Assembly (NCBI GenBank): GCA_030324005.1 | Contig: JARDVH010000099.1 | Span: 17,582,553 to 17,646,360 of the forward strand | DNA: 63,808 nucleotides | From: Negaprion brevirostris | Lineage: Eukaryota | Direction of reading: 5' to 3' | Shown here: piece after piece, positions 62,710 through 63,808 of the stretch | Layout of the letters: the number at the start of each line of letters is the position of its first letter | Numbering within the stretch: position 1 is the stretch's first letter | The notes under the pieces: generated by a model | The model's database searches: none | The model's input: the letters and a program-made list of their open reading frames with translations, nothing else | Told to the model about the DNA's origin: nothing | Made by a program: the position numbers and the translations under genes

Positions 62710-63530
62710 ACATGAGAACAAAAGAAATGGAAGCAGGAGTGGACTATATGGCCAACTGAGTCCCCTCTGCAATTTAATACAGTCATGGCTGATCTTCAGT
62801 TTCAACTCCACCTTCCTGCCCATTCTCCATATCCCTTGATTCCCTGAGGACACCATAAATCTGTTTATCTCAGTCTTAAATATATTCAGAAATGGAGTAT
62901 CCACAATCCTCTGAGAATTCCAAAGAATCGCAACCCTTTGAAATAATTTCTGCTCATCCCAGTCCTAAATGACTGATCCTTTATCCCAAGATCTTGTCCT
63001 CTTGTTTTAGATTCCCCAACCAGTGGACACATTCTCAGCTTCTACCCTATCAAGCGCCTTTAGAAAATTTGATTGAGATTTTGATGAGATTGTCTCTCAT
63101 TCTTCCAACCTCCAGAGAATGTTAGCCCATTTTACTCAACCTCTCATCATAGGACAGCCCCCTTTTCACAGGGACCCAATTTAGTGAACTTCCAATGGAA
63201 GCATCTCCTTTCTTAAATGTAGACACCAAAACTGCATATAATATTCCAGATGCAGTGTCATCAAAACTCTGTACAATTGTAGCAAGACTTCTGTATTCCT
63301 GTACTCCAATCCCCTTGCAATAAAGGGCAACAGACCATTTGCCTTTTTAATTGCTTGCTGCACCTGTGCGCTAACTTTCTGCATTCCTTGTTCAAGAACA
63401 CACAAGTCTCTTTGCACATACACTTTCACATTTTAAAAAAACTCTGCTGTTCTGTTAGCATGGCCACAGTTAATAACTTCTCTCTTGCCTACATTATAAT
63501 CCATCTGCCATCTCGTTGCCCATTTGCTTA
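62710..63530 (-). mobile_element. CR1-type LINE 3' fragment
   Basis: VQRDLCVLEQGMQKVSAQVQQAIKKANGLLPFIARGLEYRNTEVLLQLYRVLMTLHLEYYMQFWCLHLRKE; tail. Confidence 0.9.
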
Positions 63531-63655
63531 AGATCATTACCTCATTGCTGTTTTCAGTTTATGGGACTTTGCTATTCAGAAATTGGTTGCCATGCTTCCT
63601 ATGTTATGACAGTTATTGGACACCAAAAAGATTTCTCTGGCTATAAGGTATTAAA

Positions 63656-63808
63656 AAGATAGAAACCTAGAAAAACTACAGCACAATACAGGCCCTTCAG
63701 CCCACAAAGTTGTGTCAAACATGTCCCTACCTTAGAGATTACTAGGCTTACCCATTTCCCTCTATCTTACTAAGTTCCACTTACTTATCTAAAAGTCTCT
63801 TAAAAGAC
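63656..63808 (-). mobile_element. CR1-type LINE 3' tail (runs off window)
   Basis: ATAGAAACCTAGAAAAACTACAGCACAA-ACAGGCCCTTCAGCCCAC. Confidence 0.65.

Overview
Eukaryotic genomic DNA, not prokaryotic. It is most likely a cartilaginous fish (shark), judged from HE1/V-SINE-like, DeuSINE-like and CR1-type repeats, in a draft assembly with many N gaps. Two multi-exon genes lie on the minus strand. One is a complete 5-exon VSX1 (CVC paired-like homeobox; CDS 49791 to 39470, 334 aa). The other, downstream, is exons 1-6 of mitochondrial acetyl-CoA synthetase ACSS1 (ATG 26684; the gene runs off the left edge). This order matches the VSX1-ACSS1 arrangement known from human 20p11. The rest is intron or intergenic DNA full of SINEs, LINE fragments (CR1, L2, Rex1/Babar), Penelope-like fragments, putative solo LTRs, a TIR element and tandem repeats. 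Main observations: (1) VSX1 intron 4 ends in CG instead of AG, although the downstream CVC exon is intact; (2) Penelope-like remnants retain minimal type-I hammerhead ribozyme cores, including a palindromic 209-bp insertion with a 12-bp target-site duplication; (3) a V-SINE subfamily has a swapped 3' tail whose end resembles the Rex1/Babar LINE end; (4) candidate homeodomain-site-rich enhancers lie upstream of VSX1. All calls were made by eye. Repeat boundaries are approximate and family names need database confirmation.
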